Shown: positions 16,590-31,420 of the stretch, one piece after another
Layout: every line of letters begins with the position of its first letter
How positions within the stretch are numbered: the stretch's first letter is position 1
NCBI RefSeq assembly: GCF_009914755.1
Contig: NC_060933.1
Source: the human T2T-CHM13v2.0 reference genome, Homo sapiens
Length of the DNA: 64,000 bases
Reading direction: 5' to 3' (one strand)
The notes under the pieces: model-generated
Told to the model about the DNA's origin: nothing
Database searches by the model: none
What the model saw: only the letters and a program-made list of their open reading frames with translations
Translations under genes and position numbers: made by a program

Positions 16590-17975
16590 GCCCAGACAGC
16601 AAAAGCAAGAAAAGACAAATGGGATTATATCAAACTAAAAGTTTCTGCAGAGCAAAGGAAACAATCAACAAAATAAAAAAGCAATCTATAGAATGGGAAA
16701 AAATATTTATAAACCATATATCAATAAAAAGTTAATATCCAAAATATTATACGTAAGGAACTAATACCACTCAACAGCAAAAAAAAAAAAGCAAGTTACT
16801 TGATTTTTTAAAAATGGGCAAAGAACCTGAATAGATTTTTTTCAAAGAAGATATATAAGTGACCAACAGGTATATGAAAAGGTGTATGACATCACTAATC
16901 ATCAGGGAAATGCAAATCAAAACCACAATGAGCTTTCACTTCACATCTGTTAGAATGGCTATTAACAAAAAGTCAAAAGATAACAAGTGTTGATGAAGAT
17001 ATGGAGAAATGAAACCCTTGCACACTGTTGGTGGGAATGTAAGTGGGTACAGCCACTACGGAAAACAGTGTGGTAGTTCCTCAAAAAATTAAAAATAGAA
17101 CTACGGTATGATCCAGCAACCCCACTTCTGGGTATATATCCAAAAGAAATAAAATCAGTATGTGGAAGAGGTTATCTGCACTCCCATATGTATTACACAG
17201 TCGTTCACAATAGCCAAGACACGGTATCAACCTGAGTGCCTGTAGACAAATGAATGGATAAAGAAAATATTCATACACACACATGAATATCATTCAGCCA
17301 AAAATGAAGGCGGCTAGGCATGGTGGTGCATGCGTGCAGACCCAGCCCCAGCTAGTTGGTAGGCTGAGGCAGGAGGATTGCTTGAGCCCAGGAGTTCAAG
17401 ACCAGCCTTATCTCAAAAACAAACACAAAACAAAGCAAAAACAGAAAGAAGGGGAAGAAGGGGAAGAAGAAGGGGAAGGAGAAGGAGAAGGAGGAGGAAG
17501 AAGGAAGAAGAGGCAGAGGAGGAAATCCCTGTCATTTGCAACAACATGCATGAACCTAGAGGACATAATGCTAAGTGAAATAAGCCAGACACAGAAAGGC
17601 AAAGGCAAACACTGCATGATCTCACTTGCAGGTGGAACCGAAACAGAAGAACTCATAGAAACAGAGAGCAAAAGGGTGGTTACCAAAGTTAGGGGTTGGG
17701 GAGGAATGGCGAATGTTGGTCAAAGAGTACAAACTTTCAGTTACAAGATGAATAAGTTTTGGAGATCTAATGTATAGCATGGTGACTAGAGTTAATAATG
17801 TATACCTGAAATGGGCTATAGGAGTAAATCTAAGTGTTCTCACCACACACAAAAAAGGTGAGGTGATGGATGTGTTAATTAGCTTGATTGAGGTAATCAT
17901 GTCACAGTGTATAGGTGTATCATATCATCACATTGTATGCCTTAAATACATAAAACTTTTATTTGCCAATTATAC
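16590..17975 (+). mobile_element. L1MA/MB 3' region with inserted Alu monomer (~17311-17415) and GA-rich tract (~17445-17523)
   Basis: catcactaatcatcagggaaatgcaaatcaaaaccacaatgag, gaacctagaggacataatgctaagtgaaataagccag, agttacaagatgaataagtt. Confidence 0.88.
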
Positions 17976-20900
17976 TCCAATAATGCAGGACAAAGTATAC
18001 AGGTCTGACATCCAGAGAAAAATATCAGCAGACTTAAAATATCTGATCATTTTCCCCCGGAGGAGGATTGTACAGTTTTTTTAATTGATGAGTAACAATT
18101 TTATGTAGTAAGCCTATTCACTCTCTGTTAACCACATTTATTGCAAACAAGTTTTTCCCAAATGTTTAGACATTTATTCCTACTTATTCTCACACTTCCC
18201 TGATAATTCACTGAAATTGCGATCAAGGCTTTATTCTCAGCAGGAAGTACTTGTACTTCTCTAAGTGACAGACAGGCTTAAAGAGTGGGCTCAAGGGTGG
18301 ACCAAGGGCAACTGCAGATAGGCCAATTAGACAAAAACATTCAGGAAACTGGTAGTTAAAATAAATAAATTAAGCCTGTGGTGATTCAGCAAGCTTATTT
18401 CTGGAAATAGTTTTTTTTTAATCTACATACTTTGGTTTTAGAGTATGTGGCATAAATATTGAATGTGGAGCATTTCCAAAATACAATATAACTCAGACTA
18501 ACTTAAATAATGATTCCTTTTACTGTGCATCAAACCTCACTTTTTTGTGTTATGGATGACTAAAAAACAAGTTTTCTTTCTTTATAAGCATTAGTTTTAT
18601 TAAAGCAGTTGTAAATGGTTCTATAACCACCCTTGCAATGGGGCTCCTGAGGGACTTCCTTGAAATTAGATTGGAAATTCACTGAGATCAGAGGACATTG
18701 GAGCTTTCCAGTTGGAAAACACTTGAAAGTTCAGTCTGGCTGGGCATCCTCTCTTTTGGACCCAATCTCCGGTTCTCATTTCACTTGGAAAGTACCTGCT
18801 TAAAAGTTTACTTTCTTGTTGCTCAATTTAGACCATTTATTTTCCTTTCAGCTCACCAGAAAGCAGCATGATGGGTGACCAAGCTAGCGATCATGCAAAG
18901 CAGAAGTCATAGAGTAAAAATGGTCAATGCGTTTGAAAAGTGTTTATTTGAGTTTCCCAAAAGTCAGGTTAACATGCAACAGCAAACTACAGGTGGTACC
19001 AACCATATCTTTTTGGGAAATTAGTGAGGCCCCAGGATTGAGGGCAAACTGAACAAGTTGGGTGGGAAATCAAGGGCCAGTTGGCAACCTAGTTGCAGGC
19101 AGGGACTGAGGACGATGACCTGGTTAGCCTTAGAAAGCTAAGCGTGTGATACAATCAATACAGACCATCACAGGTCAAGTGTAGAGTAAACATGGTTAGC
19201 TCTCCCAGGCACACAATCAACTGCCCAGAGCTGTTCAACAATATGTATCTCTCCAATAAAGGCAGACTGCCTCATTCCCTCCAGAAGTGGCTTTTCATTT
19301 ATTTTATCTCATGCGGTGACAAACTTTAGTCATTCTATGCCTAGCTCTCCTAAGATTCACAAGCTCTCCAAGCTAGATCTCCTAGGTGGGTTTCAGCTCT
19401 GCATCTAGCTCCACCCCCATCTGAGTAGCATCTCTACAGAAGCCTACAAGGGTCTGAGGCAGGGCAGCAGCAGCCTGCAGGTTGAAAGAGAGGAAGCCAC
19501 AGGAGTGGCCACAGAAATGAGGGAAAGTAAAGGAACGTGGCTAACACCAGAGACGAACAGATAGAGACTCTGAGAAGTGGTCTCTGGGGGTCGAGATGGG
19601 GACCTGTCCTTTTGCCTTTGTGAAGTTTCTTCATTCTCCATCTAATCCAGAGAATTGTTTTGGAGACACCAAACTCAGACACATTCAGACCAAATAGTTG
19701 TGTATTCATTTTCCATGAGAACTCTAGTAAGAATGTTCATGAATGCAGATCACAGGAAGCCAAGTCAGATTCAGAAAGCTGATTTGTGCCCTTGGAAGCC
19801 AGCCAGAGTGGTGGTGGGGTACTTAGGCTAGAGTCTCCAAGGCTGACAGCCCCCTACATCATCTCCTCGATAGGGCTACATGCAGTGTGGACATTGACAT
19901 TCTCTAGCCAGGACCTTGTCCAATGCAGGAGTTGCACTGCCCAGCCGCTGCTCTCTGACTATCCATTCCTAGGCTCCATAATGACAGCTCCCCTTTTGTG
20001 GGCACTGCCTGTGTTTAGGCAGAAGGCGGCATTGTAGAGGGCCTCACTGCTGTCCCTGACCATCATCAGCAGAGCAAAACCCATGCAAACTATCAGGGGT
20101 ACTGGAGCTCATCTGTTGCACACCAATTCTGGTGTTCATCTCCGTGACATCCCAAGCCACAGTCATTATCCCAAAACAACCCAAGTTCCCTCTGATCCTT
20201 GGAACTGAGTCCCCTTTCATGTCCTTGGGTCTCCCTTGGATGGAGGGAGTCATAACTCATGGCTAAGAGCTATAGGTGCCCCTCACCTCCTCTCCCTATC
20301 TCTGCTTCTCACAGCTACTGCCAAGTTCTTGGCTTGGAAGGGTCATGGGGGCCAAGAAGGACCTTTGTACTCTCCATTACTCGGCCCTGGAGTTCTCACC
20401 ACCTCTGGAAGCTTTGAATCTGGTCAATGTCTCCTTACTTGCCAAGCCCACCAAGACTCAAGATGGCCACTCCCAGGGACTAAAGCACAGAGCTAACCCT
20501 TCAGGTCCACACACTAGGTTCTCCCCCATCTGGTAGAGGTAGACTTTTGCAGACCACACTCATAAATTCTGAATCCTGCTAACCCCAAGGCTAGGGGATG
20601 GGACACAAGCCCACGGACCCAAAGAAACAGTGCCCTTTCACTCCCCCAAATCTCTGTGCCGCTCAAGTGAATGCATCTGGTCAGAGGTGAGAAAGTCAAT
20701 TTACAGACCCAGCATATGACAGCTCTTGGCAGCTTTGACACCACGTGGTAGAGGGTCCAGAGGTCCCTCAGTACAAGCCTGGAAAGAGGAGCTTCAGAGA
20801 GATCTCCACTCAGAGAATATGACTTGTGTCCTCTACAGCAACAGAAGACACAGGGCCTCGTATCTGATTCCAAGGATAAGAAACCCAAGGGTCAAGAGGT

Positions 20901-21272
20901 GGAGGCTGCCAGACTAGTGGCAGGCAAAACAAAAAGAAGCAAGCTCCATTTCCACCAGTCAGAGGACAAAGGCTCTAACAGGTAAGAAAACTGAAGTCTG
21001 TGGCTGGAGCCAGCAGTGACGGCAGGAAAACCCTCTGTTTGGCATGCCAAAAATCTATGAGTTTCCATGCATCAAGCAGACACTCTAGGAAGTAATTGTG
21101 CTGGAAAAGCCATCTTGATATGATTTCCCAAAAAAGGCCAACTGGCAGAGCAAAAGCACTCCTGCACTTTCAGGGGCTGGAGCTGAGATAGAGGCCAAGA
21201 GTTCAGAATAACAAAATATAAAATAGCTAGACAAGCACAACAACATATACATATGAATGACCTTGTAAGTTA

Positions 21273-21597
<325 letters not shown>

Positions 21598-21781
21598 TTA
21601 ATGGAAAAATAATGGTAACTTATTCTTACTTGGTATAAACAAAAACCTATTTTAAAGTTACAGTAGGTGGTATTGGCACAGAAATAGATCAGTAGAACAA
21701 AAGAAGAAGTTCAGAAATAGACTTCAGCATATGATTCAGTATATGATTTCAAATCACTAACAGAAAAAAACAGTCAATGAA

Positions 21782-22212
21782 TTTTTTTTTTTTTTTTTTG
21801 GAAACAGGGTCTTGCTCTGTCACCCAGCTGGAGTACAGGGCATGACCATGGCTCACTGCAGCCTCAACCTCCCCTGTTCAAGGGGTCCTCCCACTTCAGC
21901 CTCCCAAGTAGCTAGGACTACATGTGCACACCACCACGCCTGGCTAATTTTTGTATTTTTAGTAAAGACAGGGTTTCACCATGTTGGCCAGGCTGGTCTT
22001 GAACACATGGCCTCAAGTGATCCACCCACCTTGGCCTCCCAAAGATTACAGGCGTGAGCCACTGAGCCTGGCCTCTGTTAATTCTTATTTTTTGTAAAGA
22101 TTGTGTGTCGCCATGTTGCCCAGGCTAGTCTCGAACTCCTGACCTCAAGTGATCCTCCCACCTCAGCCTCCCACAGTGCTGGGATTACAGGGGTGAACCA
22201 CCGCTCCTGGTC
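21782..22212 (-). mobile_element. Alu plus adjacent extra left monomer
   Basis: Reverse Alu 21782-22073, then a second left arm at ~22085-22212. Confidence 0.85.
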
Positions 22213-22229
22213 TCAATGACTATTAATAG

Positions 22230-23020
22230 GACAACTAGCCAACCATTTAGCAACGATTTTTATTTAAAAAGATACCTTCCCCTGCCTCACTCCCTATCCT
22301 AAAATAAATTATAGATGGATTAAAAATTTTTAATGTTTAAAAAAATGCTAGATTATATTTAGTACCTTGAGATTAGAAGGTCCAACATAAGGAAAAAGAC
22401 TGATAAATTTGACTATACAAATTTAAAATTTTTGTGTGGCAAAATATAATACAAACAAGATTGAAAAATTATGAACTCGAAAAATTGTTTACAAAACATA
22501 TGACAGGAATTAAAATGACTACAACATAAAGAGCTTTTTCAAATCAAAGACAAATAGGCCAAGTACTGAGAAAAAGACAACTCACAAAGACAGAATTAAC
22601 AACTGGCCAATCAACAAGCAAAATAATCAGAGAGACACAGACAAAACATTGAAACATCCTTCTTCACATACCAGATTAATCAAGATTAACAATACAACAG
22701 CACTCAGTGGCGCTGAGGCTTTCTGCTGGTAAGAGTGTAAATTTTTGTATAAGTTTTTGCATAAAACTCTTCCAGCAATCTGCACTGTAAAATGTACATA
22801 GTTTCCATTCCAACAATTTTACTTCCAGGAATGTGGCCTAAGTGATAATTGCATACCTTCATACTGACTTTTATAAGGACAATAAACATCTGAAAATATT
22901 CTAAATGCACAACAGAGTATTGGTTAAATGAATTATGGTACAAACTTATAATGCAGTCATGAGTGACATGAAAAATGTGGCCTGGAAATGATGACTGAAA
23001 GAATCATGTTACAAAACCAC
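22230..23020 (+). mobile_element. Old L1 (L1MC/ME) 3' fragment
   Basis: aaaataaattatagatggattaaa, aaaagactgataaatttgactat, tggttaaatgaattatggtac. Confidence 0.6.
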
Positions 23021-23028
23021 ACACAAAA

Positions 23029-23090
23029 TTTGACTCCATTTAGGTAATCCTGAGTTGAGTTTGACTCTATTTTGGTAACCCTGAGTTGAG
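23029..23090 (+). repeat. 31-bp tandem duplication (2 copies, 3 mismatches)
   Basis: tttgactccatttaggtaatcctgagttgag / tttgactctattttggtaaccctgagttgag. Confidence 0.92.
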
Positions 23091-23904
23091 CCCAAAAAGT
23101 ATGGATCTAGATGTGCATGCCCCACCCCCCACCCACCACACACACACACATACTCCACCACCACCACCCAAAGGATTCACTCTCTCTGAAACAAGAGCAC
23201 ACACTGCCTTTTAAATTGACTTGCTTCATGGACTCACCCTCCCACAAACTGGGGCACAGAAAAGGCCACATCCTTCCTCCCCAGAAGCAGGCACTGCTTT
23301 GTTGGTTCAGTCTAACCAACAAAGGATGTGGTAGGTAAAAGGTTCTTACAACGCTATTTGATTGACTTCTATGAGACCATTGAGTTCCTCTTAGAAGAAA
23401 AGAATGGGAAAACAAAAGGTTTAGAAAATCAGAAAATGTGAGATTAGCAATGAAAAGGGAACACTGAATGTTCTTTTTTATTTCCTTTAAAATCAATTTA
23501 AATATTAATTTTATTCCAAGCTAAAGTGGAATTTCAAGATAATCACTTCTGCTCTGGTCTTACCTTACGTGCCCCACTGCAATTTCAGGTCTCGAGTCAG
23601 AGAACAGACTATTTCCTCTTCCCCTTAATTAACCTCCATCCATTTGCTTGATTGTTTGTGGCTCCTTCTATAAGGGATGGGTGGAGGTGCCTTACAGTGA
23701 AAAGACAGGTATACATACACACACACTGTATATATATAGATTGGAAATTCAAAGGCATGACATTCCTGGGAACCAAAAAGCCTGTCCAAAGATTAGCTCC
23801 ATAGCTAGCTCAAGGGCTTTCAAATGCCAGAAAAGAGAACTAGGGCAGCCAGAAGACTTGGCCCCACAATTCAAGTATTAACACTGAGCAATTCTGTGTT
23901 ATAA

Positions 23905-24178
<274 letters not shown>

Positions 24179-24580
24179 TTTAGTAATCTTATATGAACTG
24201 CTTTTACTTTTCTGCATTGTACCCAGAAGGTGATGTTTTACTTAATATTTAGTCAGTTATTTTAACCAGAAACTTTTAATACTAAGCAAGGGGGATTTCT
24301 TCCTTTCTATCACAATTATACTACATTCCATGTGGACAACTGTATCTCTGGCAGTTAATTCTAGAGGTGGAAATTAGGGAAGGGGGTAGTATGGAAGCAT
24401 ACAGCATTTACAAAACTGGCAAAAAATAAAATAAGTCAAGGGGAGGCTCAGATTCTTTCTTTGGACAAAGGTGGGCTTTGAGGAAAGATCCTCACTCATC
24501 AGAGGCCGAGCCCTACACTAACCACAGTAATTTGTATTGATACCCAATTTAGTTCAGGAGCTATAAAAATGTATGTTTGC

Positions 24581-24899
<319 letters not shown>

Positions 24900-25521
24900 T
24901 TAAAAATTGAGAGCTATTTGTATTCATCTATTGAGAGAAACGGTCTCTGGGGGTTAGGATGGGGACCTGTCCCCATTATAGACCCGTTCTGGTCTATAAT
25001 TTACCTAAGACGAGAGCAGAAAGGGTTTTAAATGCTGATCCTAAGTTGTCGTCGGAGGGCAGTACCCCAGAGGACAGGGGAATCATTCCTAACACTGGCA
25101 GGGGCCAGAGGCTGACAGCTGGCATTGAACACCTGAATGTCAGGATATTACTCGCCTCTCTCTAATTCTTCCCAATAGAGCGGATACACTCTGGACTCCC
25201 TGGGGTGGAGCAGCTACATGGGCAGTTTGTACTTGTTCCTCTTGTCTCTTCATCTGCCCATAAGCCCAAGGCACTCAGAGTCTTCCCTCACTGACACCCA
25301 GCAAGCCGGTGAACACACCGGCCCACTGCATTGGGAAGCCCTTTCCTTTTGCTAAGGACTGCATTCGTCTATGCTGCATCTTGAGGCTGTGCAGTATCAC
25401 CTCCCCTCCTCCATGGTTTTTCTTCTCTAGGCCTAGCAGGCAAGGGAGAAGGAGAGATGCCAGAAGCCTCTGTCTTTCCTTCCCCATTCGTTTCTTACTG
25501 AGTCTTGGAGTTAAATTGTTA

Positions 25522-25947
<426 letters not shown>

Positions 25948-26182
25948 TCATAGTTCATAATGGAGTAACATTCATAGTTACTGAAGTTTAGATAAAAGAA
26001 GTGTCACCCTCTATGGCAACCCCTCCCCTGAAACACACATGGACTCTAGTCTAGCCATGGGCTCAATACTGTTTTAAGCATTGCTACTACACTACCACCA
26101 AATCTCAGTTTCTAACAGGGGGCAAAGAGCATTTTTAGAAGACGCTTAGTAACAGAAAAATTAACCAAGGGAAGAACAATCT

Positions 26183-26891
26183 TAATTACGGGATATTTTT
26201 ACTGGAATGTAGACATTACTTTTGAATATATAGGACAATAGAAATTGCATCAAAGCAATGCTGCCTAACAGACACAGCAGGAAACTTATTGGCATGGCCA
26301 GGCTAGTATATTTTCTCATTAGTATATCAACTAATTATAGGAAAAGTACTGTTTCTAAAGTGCTTGAAACATTTGCCTACGTCACTGTTCTCTTTTTCAA
26401 TGACCTCCTTCATAAAGTCAAACTCTAGCCCAAACTTAAGCCCATCTCACTGCATATTGTAAAGAATGGATTCTGAATGAATTAACAGAAATGCTTTTAT
26501 ATAGGAGGTTGCAGAGATTCTCTTGCAGTCAATGTCTAGAGGAGCTGACCCTCAGGCATCACTCAGAGGAAGTCCCAGCCAAGATTCACAGATCTGTATG
26601 TAGCCTTCGGTCAATATCACAGTGTACATCAGGAGTCTCAAGTTCATTGCACAGAACTGGTCCTGTAGCAGGGAAGACTCAGAATTCCTGAGTTTTCTCC
26701 TTATGGTGACTCCTCAGGGATAGCCACCATCTTAAATCCAGGAATGGGGCCCAGCTGGGAATGGAGAAAGTTGCAGGCCCACATGCTCCCTGGACGGAAG
26801 TCACACGGAGCCTCTGTGCGGGCACCTGAGAAGCTGCCAGAACACCTGCCCAGCAGCAGTGCATCCTCCCCACTCAGTGTCCATCTGCCAT
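26183..26891 (-). other. SUSD1: SUSD1 terminal exon: final A of the TGA stop plus ~0.7 kb 3' UTR
   Basis: Acceptor ttttcttttcctcctccatgtctag|A at 26891 completes TG|A; end inferred from the poly(A) signal. Confidence 0.85.
26198..26203 (-). terminator. Likely SUSD1 poly(A) signal, variant hexamer AGTAAA
   Basis: tttact on + strand; followed on the minus strand by a GU/U-rich tract (ATTGTTCTTCCCTTGGTTAATTTTTCTGTT); I saw no AATAAA in the terminal exon. Confidence 0.65.
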
Positions 26892-27111
26892 CTAGACATG
26901 GAGGAGGAAAAGAAAAGAGACAAATATGAACACACTTTGGTTTTCCCACTGTGCATCTCTATGCACAGCTCACACGCACACCCATGGGAGGAGGCGAGGG
27001 GGAGCAGCATGGAAGCTCAGCCACCCCTCTGTGTGTGGCCAGGGCAGCCATCACTGGTCCTGCTCTTTTCCTGGGAAGGCATCCCCCATGCTACCTGGAG
27101 GTACAGGGTTA

Positions 27112-27435
<324 letters not shown>

Positions 27436-28059
27436 TCAATCCATTTTAACCCAGAGCTTGGCCCCATTTAACAAAGAATCCCAAGAATGCCCAACATGCC
27501 TGTGTGTCCCCTGAGTTGGCCCTGTGGATATGCAGCCTCAGGAAATTACAGTTACAAGGTATTTCTGAAAAGGAAGTGTAAAGCCAGACCATGTTAAAGT
27601 TACAAGGGAGAAAACAGCTAATCTTGTTGAGCACACAAATACTATGCAACGTGTTACATTTTTTGTTGGTCCTCTCACAATCAATTACATTTGATAGATT
27701 TTTATGGGCCGTTTTCTTTTGCATGGAGGGACAAGTCATTATGATATTATTTGAATTTGGTTTCCAAAACTGATAGCCCTGATGGTCAGATAGAGCAAAG
27801 GAATATCCTTTGTTGAGTCACCTGTCATTTTCTCCATACCTCAACAAGGGTCATACTTCCCTGCTCAGGTCAGCAGGTTTACTGAGAGGATAAAAGTACT
27901 TTGAAAGACATACTTTCTATTTGGGGACCATCACATGCCAACTCCAGGGAGATCCCCGATTATAAACTAAAAAACACTCACAGTTGAGTTGCACATGTGG
28001 GCCAAGTGACTGACTTAGAGAATCATGTTCTAGATTAGAGCAAAAATTTCATTTTAATT

Positions 28060-28230
28060 TGCAAACACTTACTTAGCACTTACTATGTGCCAGACACTGT
28101 TCCAAGCACCTCACAAATATTCACTCATTTAGGCTTCTAACCAGCCTTCACATTGGGTACTATTATTATTCCCTTAAGGAACCAAGGTGGGAGTGGCTAA
28201 GTACAACTCAGGTCTTTACAGCCAGGTTAA
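28060..28230 (-). mobile_element. MIR
   Basis: acttagcacttactatgtgccagacactgttccaagcacctcacaaatattcactcattt. Confidence 0.7.
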
Positions 28231-28324
28231 GAGGAGTGCATTTCTATTGGAAACTCAGTACAGTACCTGGCACTAGTAAAACCAGCCATAGAATACACCT
28301 TGTGTTAAACAGCCCTGCAGAACT

Positions 28325-29065
28325 TGAAACCGCCTTTTTAAAAATTATAACCGAGAAAATTATAACCGTGAAAAAGATCTGACCTGACTGACTCCATCTT
28401 GCTTCTAACCTCCAAGTTGCCCCTGTTCATTCCTGGGCGTAGGCTGAACTAACTTTGGGAGGAACTCAGTTTATAGTTTAACTTTGAAACAAAGACGATA
28501 ATAGCCCTTTCCCCAAACAAATCCCCATCCTGTCTGGGGACTAGACTGCCTTTGCAAGACTAACAAATTAGCCATGAGATTAGAAATTATGGTTTAGGGG
28601 TCCTACAGCTGGAAGCTGCAAGCTTCTGAACTGCTCAAATTGCTCCTAGGGCTAACATCACTATTGTAAAACCTAAGATCAGTGCTTGAGATATTTTCCA
28701 GACCCTGCACTCCATGGATCGGCTGGCATCACCCAGATCCATAAACTGGTTCATCTGATCTTGTGGCCCCCAACCAGAAATTGACTCAGTGCAAGAGGAC
28801 AGCTTCGACTCTGTGATTTCATCTCCAACCCAACCAATCAGCACTTCTGACTCACTGACCCCCCCATCCCCTACCCCCTACCCACTAAGTAATCCTTAAA
28901 AACCCCATCCCTGAATTTTCAGGGAGACTGATTTGAGTAATAATAAAACTCCAGTCTCCCATACAGTTGGCTCTGTGTGAATTAAGCTCTTTATTGCAAT
29001 TCCTCTGTCTTGATAAATCAGCTCTGTCTAGGCAGCAGGCAAGGAAAACTCATTGGGCGGTTACT
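28325..29065 (+). mobile_element. LTR8-family (LTR8A/8B-like) ERV1 solo LTR, antisense to SUSD1
   Basis: Starts tgaaaccgcctt, contains gactccatcttgcttctaacc and cctaagatcagtgcttgagatatttt, ends cattgggcggttac; 4-bp flanks aact/aatt. Confidence 0.88.
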
Positions 29066-29164
29066 AATTCTCAAAAAATGCTGCCAAGAGCCTTTCTAGA
29101 AAACATGGCTTATATTATTTGGTTGCTTTTAGTCTATAGAAGAAAAATGGCCTTGACACTTTAA

Positions 29165-29505
<341 letters not shown>

Positions 29506-29689
29506 TAGATTATAAAATGGAAGGAGAAACAGTGATTAAGTGAAGAATTAGTAAAGAAAAAATATTAGGAGAGTGACTTGAATTGCAAGACAGTAAAACA
29601 GTGCAGTATTAGAATAGGAATGAATACATTGGAACAAAATAGCCTAGAAACAAATCCAAGCATATCAAATACTTTCAAAGTTTGAATAC

Positions 29690-29920
29690 TGGAGTCAGAT
29701 GTCCAAGTCTTTATCTGAACACCACCACTGCCTGTGTGACTTTGTGCAAGTTATTCATCCATTCTGTGTCTCAGTCCCCACACTGAGGGATGCTGTAATA
29801 ACATGGGAATGATAGCAATACTACCCACCTCTAGGTAGTGGGAGAAGTCAGTGAGTTAGTACAGGTTGAAACAGTGCCTGGCACAGAATAAGCAATAAGC
29901 AAATGTTAGCTATTGTTAAT
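29690..29920 (+). mobile_element. MIR
   Basis: tggagtcaga...tgtgtgactttgtgcaagtta...aacagtgcctggcacagaataagc. Confidence 0.7.
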
Positions 29921-29939
29921 TATTATTGTTTTTGTTGTT

Positions 29940-30500
29940 TTGATACTGTTTCAGATCATTGGGGAAATGATAAATTTTTCATAACCAGTGCTGAGAAAAT
30001 TGGCTAACCATTTAGAATCAAATAATTTTGATCACTAGAGCTTACACCATATATCAAAATAAAATCCAGATGGATTACAGACTTAAATTGAAACCTAAAA
30101 GGATTAGGAAATGTTAGTGAATATTTACCTAATATTAAAGGGGGTAAGAAATTTCTAAGCATATTCGTTAACACAGAAACCTTAAGAGAATGAGAGATTT
30201 AACCACTTTAAAAAGCATGCACTTCTTATACCAAAAACTACCATAAGCAAGATTAAAAGGCAAATGGCAAGCTGGATAAAATATCTAGAATAATGGGCAA
30301 GAAGTTAACATACAGAGAGTGTTACAGATTAATAAAGACATACCTCAATAGCGAAATGAGAAAATTCTACGAAAAGGTAAATCACATGAAAAACATGATT
30401 ACAGATGATCAATAAAACTTTGAGCAAATGCTCTCTTACAAGTAATAAAAATGCAAATTAAGGCATTAAGATGCCATCTTTGTGCATGACTCAGAAACAT
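29940..30500 (+). mobile_element. Old L1 fragment
   Basis: cttacaccatatatcaaaataaaatccagatggattacagacttaaat, aaaatgcaaattaagg. Confidence 0.6.
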
Positions 30501-30619
30501 TTTTTTAAATGCCATCTTGGTGGACTAATTAACTAGATTTGTTTTGTTTTGTTTTGTTTTTAAGAGAAAATACAATTCTGGAGATGAACGGGGGAGCTGG
30601 TACTTTACTGCACTGGCAT

Positions 30620-31420
30620 TTCATCCGATCTACCCAGTATTCCTTCCAACTTCTGACATCAAGTTTTTTTCTGTGTATTTTTTCCTCTACACTTTAACCC
30701 TCTGTATATTTTAATCACTGATTGATGAATATGTTGAACTGAAGATGACTGTGGACAGAAATCCATATCATGCATATTCTTGGGTTTGATTTCAACTCAT
30801 CAATAATTGTTAATGAGTTGATATCAACTGTGCATAGCCATTCAGCTTGTTTCTAAGCCCACATACAGCTCTCATGTCCCCACATTGTCCACAAGGACAT
30901 TATTGTTATTATGCGTGCCATATTTCCCTGACCAATTACTGACTCTGTGCAAGAAGAAATGGAAAGCAATCTGACCTAATCTGCTCTTAAAGCTCCTGAC
31001 TCCCGGGAACTGCTGTTTTTTCTACCAGGGATACACAAGCCATCACTTGAAGACCTTGCTTTGCCTTGACTTCAAGTTACCATCATCTACACTTCTGGTG
31101 GTTCTTCCTTTGTACAAAGTTCCTTGTTCTTTGCTCATCTCTAGTCCTCTTACATCTCTCCATTTTCTTCAAGGTTTATTGAAGATCATTTGCAATGGTT
31201 TATCCATCTCATGTGAAAATTGTATGAACCTGCCAGAATACGCTACATCCATGTTGGAAGACTTGAACCTATGTAGGGTAGCAAGCTCTTTTCTTTCTTC
31301 TAACTATCCCCTCACAAACGAAGAGGACAAAAGCTAAGTAGGAGTTAAGGAAGCTGACTTTCACTTGACCATCCACCAGCAGGATCTACCTGGGCACAAC
31401 TATTCCTTACTCTAGACATA
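30620..31420 (-). mobile_element. Possible CR1/L3 relic
   Basis: ggaagacttgaacctatgtagggtagcaagctc...actatcccctcac resembles reversed L3 RT sequence; highly degenerate. Confidence 0.4.

Noticed and set aside
17283-17900. ORFs with Glu/Gly/Arg-rich or Leu-rich stretches
   Set aside because: Produced by a GA-rich simple repeat and L1/Alu sequence.
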